A stretch of 64,000 nt of DNA. It comes from Podarcis pityusensis. Taxonomy: Eukaryota. How positions within the stretch are numbered: position 1 is the first letter of the stretch; each line of letters opens with the position of its first letter. The translations under genes and the position numbers were made by a program. The stretch lies in NCBI GenBank assembly GCA_964106645.2, contig OZ067040.1; one strand, 5' to 3'. Below, in pieces: positions 47,970-63,212 of this stretch. The notes below the pieces were generated by a model, which saw only the letters and a list, made by a program, of their open reading frames with translations, did no database searches and was not told where the DNA came from.

Positions 47970-50900
47970 CATTAGGCAATAAAAGATGCCAACTGGACCT
48001 GAACCACTGACAAAATACTACTGTTAGAGAGTGTTGGAAAAACGATTCCCTTTAAAGGGTTCTATCAGGACATTTTTGAGAAACAGGATGCTTAAGGTGT
48101 GGTGTATCCTGCCTAGAATATGGGGTTGGACTGAATATTATTTTTAACAATTCACTACATATGGCATTACACAGTTTGAGGGCTATAGGGTTTACTGAGC
48201 TTTGCTTAACCAGACAATACTTCTATGTATGAGCATCTGCTGAAAGCCCAGAAAAGCAAGTTACAAAGGGCTACTTAAGTTCAATGATGCCGTCTCTTGG
48301 AATGTTTAAAAGCTTATTAAACTGAACAGAAAATACTATCTGGATTGTGGCCTTTGAAAATCAGGACAATTTGTCTTAGCTGTACATAGCAGATTATATA
48401 TCTACAGAACATTTTTTAAACAAAATGATCCAGATTTATATGTGAAGAGGAGAAGCAATCAATTGGCACAAAAAAAGGGCGTGTAACTCTACAAGGCAGC
48501 CTGTTTAAAATGGAGGCTGGCAGGACTTCAGTCAGAAGGCAGAAATGGAATACTATATTAGAAAACTGAAAACCATACTAGGTAATCCAAGATCACTGCC
48601 ATTTTTATTGGCTCAGTCTTAGAAGACTCCCTCTGCTTTTGGTTCTAACGTTTATTCCTCATATAGGATCTCAAATGGGATAATTCACATTCTACTACTA
48701 TGCCTCTGTGGGAGAATTTGCTCAGAAGATGGATTTCCCAAACTGACACTAGCTTCCACAGAAAGTAAGAGGGATTCTTCCATTGAACCTGTAACTTAAG
48801 CTTGGGAAAGCATTTAAAAAGATCATTAAAAATAAAAAAAACCTTATACAGTTAGCAACTTTCAAAAATTTGGTGACTCTGCAGCCCTACATTTAATTGG
48901 TGTCTTGCATTTGCTTTTCCATTTTAGGTTTTGAAGAACCAATTAACCTTAAAAACAGAGGTCTGCCAGTCAACATCAGCAGACTTACAGCATTCCAAGT
49001 TACCAGATGAGAACACCTGTATGGCTGAGTATATTTTGATCCTGTCCTCTTGCTTGTGTGTTGCATATCTTTTCTTTATATGGCAAAAGCCACCACTATT
49101 TGCTTAAAAAATTAGCGAATTTAATTCCATTCTGCATTTAGACTTTGAATATACACACAATAGTGCTTTGGGTGATACAATAGGATGTTCTTTGTAGTTT
49201 GAAAAATGCATTATCGCCTGTGAGCTAGAAATAAACCAGAAGCTCCTTTCCCCTTCATTCCTTCAAAAAGGGGGGGGGGGGAAGGATAAAATATGAAGTT
49301 TCTCATAACAGATAGTAAATAATGTTTAGATTTACCACAGTATTGATTTTCTATACATCAGGCTATCCAACTATTTTCAAATAAAAATGTTTAACGTGAA
49401 TAACATCTGAATTAATGTTTCACATAAATGAGTAAAGAATTACGCACACAGACACATAGCAGAAGAGCACAGCATATGAAAGGCTTCTTTTAATTTGTCT
49501 AACTGATTTTCTGGACGGTAAAGATGTTAGCAGAAGTCCAGAATCAGAAATGTGACACCGATTCTAGTTAAATAAAGAAAAAAATGCTTTTATTTTCATT
49601 ATTATACTTTATTATAGTGGTTCTTGTGATGGCTTAAAAATCCATACAACAACACCATATCCAATTACTTGAACATCAGTCTTGAATAATAATCAAGTTT
49701 TAGTGTAAGAAAATTTGCTAGCCAACTCATTTGTAATAACCAGAGATTCATGTGTGCCAGCAACTCGCATGGTTTCCTTTGATTCTTCAGCTGCCATGCC
49801 TGATCTTAGAATATTTTTTTTAAAAAAAAATTGGGATGGGTTAGTAGGAATGAATGTAGCACGGAGAGGCACAGAAAGAGGAATCATACTTAAATTTGGG
49901 GGGGAATTATTGCTTGTGTTCTCTCACTATTCTACTAGATCGAAATATAAGAGATTTCATTCCTATGGTCTTCACAAATGCTGTGGCATAGCCCTGGGTA
50001 AATCTATTATATTGAAAGTTAGAATTGTGTAAAGCTGTTCATCAGCACAAAAACTGATGCAGATTATCTCCAGGTTTTTTTTAATCTGTGCATCACTCAT
50101 TTTATGCACCATTCCAAAAAGTCCTTCAGCTACCAAGGAGTTACCTGTGTTGAATCAAATCTGTGGTTCTCATATTTCTTAGCATAAAAAGGTTTGCAAT
50201 AGATTAGAATAACAGTGTTGACCTGTTAAATCACAGGCACCTATGTGGCCAAGTAGCTTTACTATATTAATCACTAATTAAAGGCTATTGTGCTCAGAAA
50301 GGCATCCCAACTGGTAAACTGGAAAAAGCAGTGCTGTTTCATCCTCTGATTAGACTACTAACCACAGTTATTGAAAAAAAATTGGGCTGTCTCAACCAAC
50401 ATTCCATTTCTGTCACTTTGATTAACACTGATTAATATGAGTACAGAGTAGAATCTTTTTTAAAGCAAAGCATTTAAAGCAGTAGTGGTTTGTTTCCATC
50501 TCTCAAATGTGAATGAAAGCTGAAATGTGGATTTCTAAAGCATAGCACCTTCTCTTCCTACTTCCACAGCATTGTTCCTGGTATCTACCAAGTGTCACAC
50601 AGTGGGATGTCTGAAATGGCAATCAACATACTTGCAACACTAGCCAGTCCTAGTCTCTAAGTGGGCTAAGGCTTAACACAAAGGATTTCACAGATAAACC
50701 CATTTCTCATAAGAAATTACAAGTTTCAGGAGAAACCAGGTTGTGCCTTCAAATGCAAATCATGCTGAAACTTTGCAGTAAGAGAAGGTTTTGAGAATTG
50801 CAGTCTCAAATTGTTGTAGATAAGGGTAAGTTCAGATGGCAGCTACTATGCTCTTGGTGTGGTGGCTACTTGTGAAACCAAATACAGGAAAAGAAAAAAG

Positions 50901-51535
50901 GGCCCTAAATTTACTTGTATTTAAGTTGATTTGCAGTTATGTTCTAAAATTGTTATTAGATAAGGGTTTCAACATCTGGACTTTGCCTATCAAGAAAAGC
51001 CACAGTTTAAAATAATAGTGCACACAGATGAGATGAAACTATTCTTATGAACAGAACACCTTCTAAAGTATTCAAATTACCAATTAATGATAGACCCGCA
51101 TAAGAAGAGGCTGTCACAGTCAGATTTGTCTCTAGTAATAGACAAACCACATTAACATATATTAAAAAAGAAAAAGCTCTTCATACTTAATTCTTTATGG
51201 CTTTTTGCAACACAGCAAAGTATTACAGCTTAAAGCAGACATCTCCTCACAGAGGAGGAAAGGATTTTGCAGTCAAAAACAAAATGGAAAACAAGTAACA
51301 TGCTGACCTCTGTATTCTATTTGGCCAGATGCATACTGCAGCCTAACAAAATCTAGAGATGACAAGTTACAATTCCTGTCAAAAGATAAATATGTTTAAT
51401 TATAATTAATTACTTTAGGTCCCTGGTTAAATATTGTACGGGTAGACACCAGACTGCAAAAAATTGGTTCAAAACTAAAAAATGATGGAATTTTAATTAC
51501 TACATTGTGTGCCCCAAACAGAATTCAGCATTATT

Positions 51536-51688
<153 letters not shown>

Positions 51689-51780
51689 CTACAAAACTGG
51701 AAGGCTCACATAGGAATAATAATGGAATCATTTGTATCTCTCAAAACACCTAGATCAATAAAAGTGCAATATATCTTCAA

Positions 51781-51960
51781 TGTGGCATAGTGGTTAGAGT
51801 TGAACTAGGACCTGGGAGAACAGGGTTCAAGCTTATTATGTGACTTTGGGCCAGTCTGTGCCTAAACTACCTCACCGGGTTGTTGCGAGGATAAAATGGT
51901 ACAAGGAAAAACCATGATTGCCACCTGAGCTCCTTGGACGCAAGGTGGGATATAAATAAA
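51781..51960 (+). mobile_element. tRNA-derived SINE (MIR/Squam-like), degenerate
   Basis: A-box TGGCATAGTGG, B-box-like GGTTCAAGC, core ACCTCACCGGGTTGTTGCGAGGATAAAATG. A related partial copy lies at ~39465-39620. Confidence 0.65.
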
Positions 51961-52789
51961 GTAAAACAAAATATAAAGGAATAGCTAGGAAAACACCTGA
52001 CTGCAACTAAATTTTAGTTCCTTTTCTAAGCTCACATTTTTGTGTGTGCGCAAAGCAGTTTAGCACTCAAAATGACACATGGGAAATGAAGAGATTTCCT
52101 CTAAGGAAACATGGAAATGCAGCTATGGGACAGTTTTGATCTCCAATATACAGATGCTCCAGAAGCTTAAATGGTGCTTAGAAAGACCCTGTTGCCTCTG
52201 GAAGGGATGATATACAGACGATCAGCCCTGATGGATCAGACCAAAGGCCCATCTAGTTTCCATAGTTTTCACGCAGATGCCAGATGATACTTAGTTGCTC
52301 CAGAGCCTCCCCTTTGAGAGCAGACAGCCCTCTTCTGTCCCTTCACAAATTATCTATTGGGAACACAGTATTTGTAATAAAGTATTTGTCCAGGCAGTGT
52401 TAACTATTCCTTTTAGGTGGGTAGCTTGCCAAATCCACTGCTCAATTTGCTCTGTGACACAGAAAGGAATGACTCCTTCATAAATCAAACCATGCTCAAC
52501 TATGAAAACCAGATTACTTTGCTGCACAGAACTACATTTCAGATAGTATTTAAGAATTAATGCTTAGGTGTTCAAGTTTGCTTCGAGAGACTTTTGAAAG
52601 TGTCTCGCCTACCTGATTTGGAAGCACCTTTACTTCCTTAACATTTCCTTGAGAAGTTCAGACTTCTAGAGAAAAGCAACTGAAACAACTGCATGTAACT
52701 AAAGTTTGCCAACCTTCTCTTTCCATCAGCCCCCTCCATCTGCCTGGGCAACTGCTCTCTGTCAGGCTCCACAGATAGTAAAGCTTATA

Positions 52790-53015
52790 CAGTGGTACCT
52801 TGGGTTACATATGCTTCAGGTTACAGACTCCGCTAACCCAAAAATAGTGCTTCAGATTAAGAACTTTGCTTCAGGATGATAACAGAAATCGTGCTCCGGC
52901 GGCACGGTGGCAGCAGGAGGCCCCATTAGCTAAAATGGTGCTTCAAGTTAAGAACAGTTTCAGGTTAAGAACGGACCTCCGGAACGAATTAAGTACTTAA
53001 CCCGAGGTACCACTG
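52790..53015. mobile_element. Tigger/pogo-like MITE, family A (MAN1A1 last intron)
   Basis: TA TSD, TIRs, shared interior. Confidence 0.88.
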
Positions 53016-53843
53016 TATAGCACATAGCCAGAGTTCAAAACATTTCATATATTCTCACTAATAATATTTATTATTCCCATGTTACAGAAAGTAGGGTTGG
53101 GTCAGAAAATGGAGAATTCAAGGTAACTAAGCAAATTTCTATCTGATATGAATTGAATCACAGGACTTTCTAGCACACCTGCTCTGCTAGTATTTGGTTA
53201 TATCTTGACTTTCTTTCAGTGAGCTCATAGCAGCATAAATGGTTCTCTCCTCCAGTCTATTCTCATAAAACACTGGGGGTAAATGGAGAAACAGGGATGG
53301 GTTCAATGCTCAAGGCTGAGTGGGAATTTGACCATGGTTCTCCTAAGTCCTAGGTCCGACACTACCCACATGTCAGTTTTCAGAGGCACAGAACCAAATG
53401 ACTGCAGTCTCACCCTTACTTGGAACCAATCTGCCTGATCACAGCCCTGGCGTTCCTGGTCACAGTTACATATCTTTGTCCTTGTCTGAACTGACATGCT
53501 TGCTGAAGACATCAGCAGTACTCCCTGAAGTCCCCTACTTCTATTCTGGCCCCGAACAGCATTTCCACACAATTCTTTGCGGGGAAAAAAAGCAGAACTC
53601 ATTTTCTCCACCACACACCAAGATTATGTGCAACACTCCCACCTATTAAAATACTATGGCACTTCAGTAAACAAACCATCTTGTCTTTGAAAGACCACTA
53701 GTGATAACCTGCTTGCTTCTCCTGGTTCTTACTCCCCATATTCCCATACCCCTTTCTTGTTCTATTGCCCTGTACGCCAGCCCATACAAAGATTAATGAC
53801 TCTTAGCTCTTCAACTTTTAAACTGAAGGGTTTCAATTGCTTA

Positions 53844-53966
<123 letters not shown>

Positions 53967-55578
53967 TTAGAAAAAGGAAAAGAGGAGTTTGATATTTTAT
54001 AACTTACACCCTGTGCTTTAATGTAAAACATCTTCAGGGCACCTAATAGCACAAGGTTAAAAATTTAAACAATATAAAATAGCACAATTAAACATCAGCA
54101 TCACAACAAATGTAAAACAACTGCCCAACTGAAGCCAATAAGACCAGTTAATGATTACTATTTAAAGTCTCATTGATTTTGAGCCATTTAACACACAACT
54201 TCAAAATGGAGTTCTCAAATTCCCTACACTGTAGTTTTTTCAAAGGGATACAGTTCCTGAACTCGAAGGACATGCAGAGTGGAAAAACTACCCTCTTTAT
54301 TCCACACCTAGACAAAGCTCCTATTGTACTGATGTGTTTCCCAGCTCACCAACCATTCTGATGGAAGTCGAAGATACTGAAAGCTACTGGGCACAGTATG
54401 ACTTGGGACCTAAATACTTGAAGTTATCCTGGTATCTGCTGATGGGGCCCTACTGAGAAGTGCACCAGTGAGTGATTGCAGCTGCTGTTACTATTATGGT
54501 TTTACCATTTCAATATTTGTCTGATGTTCATGTTTTGATATTTATGATTACAGTTGCATTGAACTTTATATTTGGCTGTGGTATTTGCTATGTAACTACT
54601 ATATATTGCTTTGGGATCACTTTTGACATGACCGGCAGCCAATAAATCCAAGGAATTGGACACTGAATATATTCATGTTAAAATAGAGTGAGGTACTGAC
54701 GGATACTAAAAAAGAATTAATAGTTATTTTTCAAACAAAAGGAAATAGGAGATTTGTGGAGAACTGTCTGGGATATTTTGTGGGAAACTGCAGTCAAACA
54801 TAACTATGCATGAGTGCTGGTTAGTACATGAAGGGGTTAAGAACAGAGAAGTTTGTTCCTAGACTCAGGTCACACTTCTCTGATGTGGGAGGAAGTGAAG
54901 CCTTCTCTTCCTGTTCCCTCTCTCTGTGCCATGTAACTGGTCAAGAAGATTTGTCTAAGCAAGCGCCAAGCTTAGAGCATGTGTTCGATGCTTTCTGTAT
55001 TTTCTACCCAAGAGTGTTCTGCCACTGTTCTCCTTGCTGCTGCTTGGACAAATGCAAGAATCTCTGGAACCTCTGGAATATTTTATAAATAAAGTATTTT
55101 AAACGTACTTACCAGTGTGTAGTCAGTTCATTGCAAGAGTGGTAGAAAAAGAGGAACACTGTAAAAGGGTCTACCCACCTATATTCCTATTGATATTGCT
55201 GATATTGTGTATTTAAACTCTGCTATTGGGGGCTCTCTTCTGCTACAGAGTGTGCAAAGCTCCATGTTTTGAATCTGGGCAACCAGTGGATTCTTTTGTT
55301 AGTTACCCCCCACACGTGGGTCACAAGGATTAATATTTTCCTCCTGTATGTTTAAGACTCATAAGCTGAGTATTTATCAGTATTTCCAGCTAATGCACAA
55401 GGTGGGAGGGCACTAAGGAACTAAAATCAAGGAGTTAGAAGCAATGTATAAGGACACTGTTAATGAGGAATTATTTAAGGAATTGGGTAATTATAAAATT
55501 CACATGAGGCAGAAAAATCATTAATTTTTACTAGGCAAGCTTATTTTGAGTGAAAATAAAATACATTCTTCAAAATTA

Positions 55579-55830
<252 letters not shown>

Positions 55831-57558
55831 TCAACTCTTCAGCATGTGGTAGAGCTTTATTAATTTACGTGAATCATTCATATAAGGTTAGTACTATGCC
55901 ACAGAAATATTTTTGCCATTTCTGAACTCCACTATTCAATGCTTGCGTCACTAATGCATGACATTTTAGTGTGGAGGGCACAAATATTTTGAAAGCATCC
56001 CAATAAAACTTATAAAAACACACCTCTTCTATGACATTTATTGATATCCCTGTCCCTTCCAGGGAATAATGCAGACTAAAAACGGCAAACTGGGGAAACA
56101 AAACTAGAAGAATGAATCTGCTTAAAAATTGTAGGCAACAATATTTCCAAGCTGAAAGTTGGGTCAAAGATAATGTTGGACTATGAATAGGCCTTATGTA
56201 TGAACCACTCTAAGTTTTCTAGCAATATTGCTTTCTCTCACTCCAGGTTTTATTGGAAAAGGAAACATGTCCTTGATGAAACTTTAGCTTGAGTATTTAA
56301 AATCTTATTATTTTTTGAGTACATAATGCCAATTGGTTGAAAGGGTTTATATGCCAACAGTTTAGCCTGTTTTAAATAGGCTCAACTGATCTCAACTAGA
56401 AGTCAGGTTAGGGAACACTCCTTCAGCCGAAATTTGGTAAGCACCCTTACTTTTGACTCTTAGGTGTCTCTTCAATATCTTTTTATACTGACAAGTTTTG
56501 CATTGGTTTGAGTTCTTTTAGTCTGGCCCGCCATTTTAATTATTGTTTTGTACTGTTTTTAATGATTTTTGTGTTTTATTGCAGTATACCGCCAGAGACT
56601 GTAGCATATAAATACTTTAATAAATATTGATCTGTGCTTGATTCAAGTTCTAGGCAATTCAAAATTAAGCTCTCGCATGCAGTGATCATACTTTGCAGCC
56701 AAAGTTGATACAAAAGTCTGCTACGTTCCCCTTTACTGGACAGTTTGGTGTAACTTGGAAGTTTACAAGACAAGTGCCCGTTCCTCTGGAAGCAGAAGCA
56801 ACTATTAAAATGCTACTGAAATCTACAAAGTAGTCATTGGTAAAGGCAGTTAAGTGCAAGACATTTAAGGAATACATTTAAGGAACATTTAAGGAATACA
56901 TTTAAATCTGCTGGGAACATGTTGCATCTTTTTAGCTTTTTAAAAATACCTGTAAAAACAAACCCTTTAGAAGTTTTCCCAATGATGTACATGGATATTG
57001 GACAACTGTGTACAATATCTATTGAATGTGTTTTAACAGAGGCAAAATGATACATAATGCATGTGTGTTGAAATGGGGAAGCTTCCAAGTAAACTGAGTG
57101 GAACTGATTTCTAGCACAGCCTTCTCCAATGTAGCGCCCTCCAGATGTTTTGGACTATGTCTTCCATCACCCCATACCACTGGCCATGCCAGCTGGGGCT
57201 GATGAGGAGTTGGAGGTCAACAACATCTTGAAGGCACCAGGTTGGAAAAGCTAGTCTAGCTTTTTACATGTCTGTCAAACTAACACAGGCACTCACTGGC
57301 TGATAGCCTACTACAAAACTTGCTACCAGTGTTAAAAGAGAGAGCGAGAAACACTCTTTAGTTAATAAAAAAATAGATTACAGGTAGTTTCATCCTGTAC
57401 CAATCATAGTTTCAGTGGTGTTGTCTAACTACTCCAAAGACAGAAGGTGGTTGTCAAAAGCAGTTCTACAGCTTATCTTTGAACGCATGAATCTACCACT
57501 CTGGGTCTTAATATCAAGGGGAACCTCCCCCTCAAAAAACTTCCCTCCAAACAACATA

Positions 57559-57785
57559 CAGTGGTACCTCGGTTTATGAACTTAATCCGTTCCGGAAGTC
57601 CGTTCTTAAACCGAAACCGTTTTTAAACCGAGGTGTGCTTTCCTTAATGAGGCCTCCCACCACTGGTGCACTTTCACCATTCGGATTCCGTTCTTAGACC
57701 AAGGTAAAGTTCTCAAACTACTTCCAGTTTTGCGGAGTTTATAATCGTTCGTAAACAGGGCTGTTCTTAAACTTAGATACCACTG
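57559..57785. mobile_element. Tigger/pogo-like MITE, related family
   Basis: TA|CAGTGGTACCTCGGTTTA...GATACCACTG|TA with a diverged interior. Confidence 0.82.
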
Positions 57786-57849
57786 TACTCTGCTGACTGT
57801 AATTTATTTTAACTTTTTTTAATACTAAATTTTAAATTGCTGTAATCTG

Positions 57850-58232
57850 TGTCATGTGACAAAGGTATTTGAGAGCGGAAGCAGTAAAGGAGTCTAGAAA
57901 TGTTGTGAAGTGCTGAAAAGCTGAAGAATCACTTAGCATGCTGAATCACTGTGACTCATCTTGAGGGTGACTCATTCTCTGTATAAGTATCGTATCTCTC
58001 TGCAGGCAGACTCAGTCAGTCAGTCAGTCAGTCAGTGAGTGTGTGTGTGTGTGTGTGTGTCTGTGTGTATGGAGCCTGACTCAGAAGTGAAGCCTGTACT
58101 CTGTGTGTGCTCTGAAGCTAGTTTAAATCTTCTGTTCACTATGCTGTTTATTTGCAAACAAGTTTTAACACGGTAAAGCTTTTATTCTTTTACTGAAGAA
58201 GACTCTGCATTATTAATTTACGCTGAGCATCA
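57850..58232 (+). mobile_element. Probable solo LTR (383 bp) in a MAN1A1 intron
   Basis: TG...CA termini with 5-bp TSD ATCTG (57845-57849 / 58233-58237). Removing it restores a LINE-tail-like sequence (tgtaatctgctctgggatct...gaagggcacgtaaaaataata). Contains TATAAG and (CAGT)n(GT)n. Confidence 0.65.
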
Positions 58233-58481
58233 ATCTGCTCTGGGATCTGGTGGTGAAGGGCACGTAAAAATAATAGATGATCCTTGTGGACCCTTCCAAC
58301 TCTACAAGTCTGCGATTCTGTGATGACAAGTAACACAAATTCAATGCAGAAAAAGTAAAATGTATTAACTATGTTGGGGTGGGGGAAAGCAAAATGCACA
58401 GCACTAACCATCAATATAGAAATGGGCAAGTTTGCGGGGGGGGGGGGAACCCTCTGGAAAAGAGCTACTCCACAAAGTTTA

Positions 58482-58709
<228 letters not shown>

Positions 58710-58829
58710 CTAGAAAAATGCAAAAATATTTCTGTATTAGAAATAGACGCTCTGCTAGAAGGCATACTGCAGATCAGAAAGGGTACCAGAGGATGCTGTC
58801 GATAGTTAACAAGAAGAATCAAGGAAGTT

Positions 58830-59240
58830 CTTTTGAGACAGGAAGGCTTCCCTCAGAAACTAGAAGCGTTGCCCAAATTAGAACAATATGAAAAACAAAT
58901 TTGTACCAAAATGCTAGCAGACGGTAATGGTTGTAAAAAGGAAGCATGTTGCTAAAAACATTAAGACAAACAATAAAATAGTCTTTAAATACATCAGAAA
59001 CAGGAAACCAGCTAGGCAGGTGGCTGCATCAATAGAAAGCAGGGGAGGAAAAGGAGTGTACAAAAGAGCTGAATACATTTGTTGTGTCTGTCTTTACTGC
59101 CTGAAGTGACATTTTCAGGGCGCGACATGAAGAACCGAGGCAAACAGTGACAAAGGACAAAATTCTAGGCCTTACTGACATATTTAAAATAAACAACTTG
59201 CCAGATCCAGATAGTATCTACTTTAGCATTCTTGAACTCT
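58830..59240 (+). mobile_element. Degenerate CR1 LINE ORF2 fragment
   Basis: Peptide HVAKNIKTNNKIVFKYIRNRK resembles the CR1 ORF2 KxNxKxFFKYI segment. Boundaries approximate. Confidence 0.6.
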
Positions 59241-60297
59241 AATGTGAAAAGATTTAGGGGCTTCGTAGTCTGCCTGGCAGCAGTCCCCCTCCCCATAAGC
59301 AACTTCCATAGGTTGGTATAGTATTTCATGAAGAATGAGCAGCTGTCATGGCAAGGGCAGATTTCGGCACACACAGTATGTTACTAGTGTTTCACATATG
59401 CAGTGGCCTCTGTACAGCATGGGCTTAGTTGACATATCTGATTAAACTTTTTAAAAAGATGGAAACCCAACTTATTATGCTGCCATTTACCTGAGGGAAA
59501 GGGCTACATTTAGTACAGGACTGTTTTTAAAAACCCACCATCTTTGAACAGTCACAAATATACATTTTAGTCACAAAGATACATTTTAGTCACAACAGCC
59601 AGTGAGGGCTTCATTCAGAAATAATAGATTTTCAATATTTAGTTATTGCTGTTCCTTGTAGCCATTGGGGGGGGGGGGAATCCTGCAAGGCCACTACACA
59701 CATTCCGTCAACTAATGTCAACATAAAAGCTATTGAAAAATGTGATGTCATGTTTTGAAACAGAATTGACAAATGTTTAATAACCATGTGGGTCTGGTTC
59801 AAGAGATGCTTTGTGTGAGCAGTCCTGCATCCCTCATGCCCTATCACACACCATTCCGAAAGGACCCTCGATCCTGGGAGCAGCTTCTGAGGGGAGGAGT
59901 TTGGGAAATCCTTGGCACGCGAGCAGAGTCTATCTATGGGTCAAACCCATTACATTTACAGAATTTTTCTACTGCCAAGCATGGAGTAAATTATATGCTT
60001 TGTTAGTACTGTACCTCTTTTCACAGATAAATAGGCTTCGGCTAATCTTACAACTAGAGGGAAACTGGGAATCTGACCACCAGACACAGGTACGTGATCA
60101 GTACAATGTGAAGAAAGATGTAGGAGGAAATCACAGTCTATTCATAAATTAGGAACAATGACATTCATGTAAAGTAGATGAATATACTTAAAAGTTTTGT
60201 TTAAAGGAATACATATTCAATCAAAATTTATTGTTTAAAACATTTAAACAACCCAGACACATATGCTGCAAAGCCCCTTTCTTTAGAAGGTGTTTCA

Positions 60298-60483
<186 letters not shown>

Positions 60484-61280
60484 CTAAACTAATTTCACCT
60501 TCAATTTAAGTGTCTGTACACTCCCCACCTAATTTTAAAGATGAACTGTAAAATAACTCTTTGCACAGTAAAGCCAGAAACCCAAGAAATTATTTTAATT
60601 TGTAACCCTGCACACACTTATCTAGGTGTAATTGCCATTGAACAAAGTGAGGCTGACTTCCAAGTAGATATGCAAAGGATTGGGCTGCAAGCCATTACTC
60701 AGAATAAAAGTGCTCTACAAACAACACTTTTTGATAAGCTGATTATATATAAATCCAATCACTCTGTATTGTATTACTTCAAAATATAGTGCTCTGCGAG
60801 CATGAAAGAATGTCAAGCATTTGGCATATTTAGCTGAACTCTACCCCAACATAAAGTTAAAAAGTCCTCCCATTCAACCTGATTTGATGAACTCATTCTA
60901 TTCTATAGGTGGGACCGACACATGGTTCAAATGCAATGCATACCGTCATCTGGGTTTAAAAAGGTGAACCAGTCTAATTTTAAGTTGACTCTTTAGGTTT
61001 GATTTTAAGGCATGTTGTTTGATTTTGCAAGTTGATTCTCCTTTAGGTTAAATAGGAGGCAGTGATACACTTAAGAGTTTTATTGAACCTTTTAAATGAA
61101 TATTTCTAGGATGATGAGATACATTTTATGCTTTCTTACTTTTTCCAGATCATAGTGCATCTACCTCCTCTAAGGTGGCCAAATATTGTGCTGCTGCATG
61201 TAAATTAGACACCAGGGACTAATTGTAGCAAACATCATTTTGTTTTCCGTGTCTGGTGCTTTTATAGTATGATACAGTTA

Positions 61281-61495
61281 CAGTGGTACTTCGGGTTACA
61301 GACGCTTCAGGTTACAGACTCCGCTAATCCAGAAATAGTACCTCGGGTTAAGAACTTTGCTTCAGGATGAGAACAGAAGTAGTGCAGCAGCAGTACGGCA
61401 GTAGCGGGAGGCCCCATTAGCTAAAGTGGTGCTTCAGGTTAAGAACAGTTTCCAGTTTCCAGAACGAATTAAGTTCTTAACCTGAGGTACCACTG
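61281..61495. mobile_element. Tigger/pogo-like MITE, family A
   Basis: TA TSD, TIRs, shared interior with a small internal deletion near 61450. Confidence 0.86.
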
Positions 61496-63212
61496 TACTA
61501 GTGATTTTATTGTTAGGGCTCTTTATTTTGTTTTGCTTGATATTTTATATATTTGCAAAAGAATTCTGATCATTGACCATAATGACAGATTTCCTAAATA
61601 TCAGTCATTGCTATGACTTCAATCACAGCAAAATAGTGAAAGGAAGAATAAAGGGAGTGTTTAACATAGCTAATGAGTAGAATACTGCTGGAGCAATGTG
61701 CCCCGTATGGATCAGAAATTTATTTATATTAAATGAAATATGGAAAATTGAGGAGTATGTCTATTCTGGGAGGGGGGGCAGCTTTCCCTTTCACACCTAT
61801 ACCCAATATCCTGAAAATAAGTCTATTTAACTTCATGAAGTTCTTCCTTTCCAAATTATGCCTTCAAAATTGAAAGGACAGACATGCTTGTTTACTCTTT
61901 AAGGCTTAAAACCAAACAAGTAATATGACCTACTTTTTCGTATTAAAGGTTTCACCTTTACAGTGTGCATCTTTAACTATCAGCCTGTGACCTGGTATTT
62001 AGTTTTCTGAAATGTTACCTTTGCTATCCATTTCCAAAGAAATGTTCTGTGATGGCAAGACAGAATTATGAAGAACTAACAAAACAGAACACTTTTTTTA
62101 AAGTAAAGAAATACCTCATTAATTACATGAGTGTCCACAATACAAAGAAGAAAGAAGCTTTTCTCAGAAGAATGAGTGCACTCTCTGTGATGGAAGGTTG
62201 ATCTCTGAATAGCAGCATTTAAATGACCTTTGCAGTTTCCTAAATGAATTACCTCAGAAACTCTTGACATTTGCAGACTAAATAGCACAAGCAGAGTCTC
62301 ATCAATAATAAGTCCTGCTATTATATCCATTATTGCTAGAGACAAATCTAATTGACCCATGACGCTGAAAATCACTTTCAATTTGCAACTGAAGTAACAA
62401 AGGCTAAATAAATGTACAGGAACAATAGCAATAAAATAGTTCCGACATTCGGAACTATAGTACTGCTGGTCTAATTGTGGTAGAAAATATTTTTCCTCAC
62501 AGTGGCTATTGCTTCAGTCTCAATATTCTCTAAGGCCCAGTGTCAATATTTTGGTGGTATTTAGTAAAAGGTAGGGTGTGCACCAGATTCAGCCAAAGTC
62601 CAAACTGAATCAGGTTGATTTGTGTCCTGCCTAGGTTGGGTCTAAACAGCAACAAATAACTACAGGGCAGATTGGCTTGTCCCAAAAATATTTGTACAGA
62701 TCTAGGCCAATCTGTAGCTCGAAACAGTCTCACAGAAAGCCAGGCCAATGTTTCAATTATTAATTACAATACCATATAAGAATTCCAGTGTGGAGAGAAG
62801 GAGATCTGGAGGAAGGATAGCATCATCTCCTCCTACCAAACATGTGCTAATCACAGGCTTACAGAGATGAGCTGGACTTTGCTTCATGCATGCTGCAGGG
62901 CTACCTAGAAGGCTCCTGGTGTGTATGAGAAGTCTTAAAATGAGAAACACTTTTGGAAGTCCTGTCTCTTATAAAGTGTTTGATGGGTTTGGTTGCATTT
63001 CTTCAGCTTGTGTTTGTTTTCTATCGTTTGTCAAACAATCCAAGTTCCCTCGTTTGTTTGTTTTGAAATGTTTGCTGTTTTATTTTTTATTTTATTATCT
63101 TCTCATTGCTAAGAATATTGCATTTTGATTATCTATTGCCAACCACAAACTACAAGAAGGATCTAGCTTGTGTTCTGTAGCCTAGAGGTGTTTTACCTTT
63201 TTATTTCATTTA

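Noticed and set aside
51781-51835. tRNA-like A/B boxes as tRNA genes (also near 17940 and 40400)
   Set aside because: No complete cloverleaf; each continues into a SINE body.
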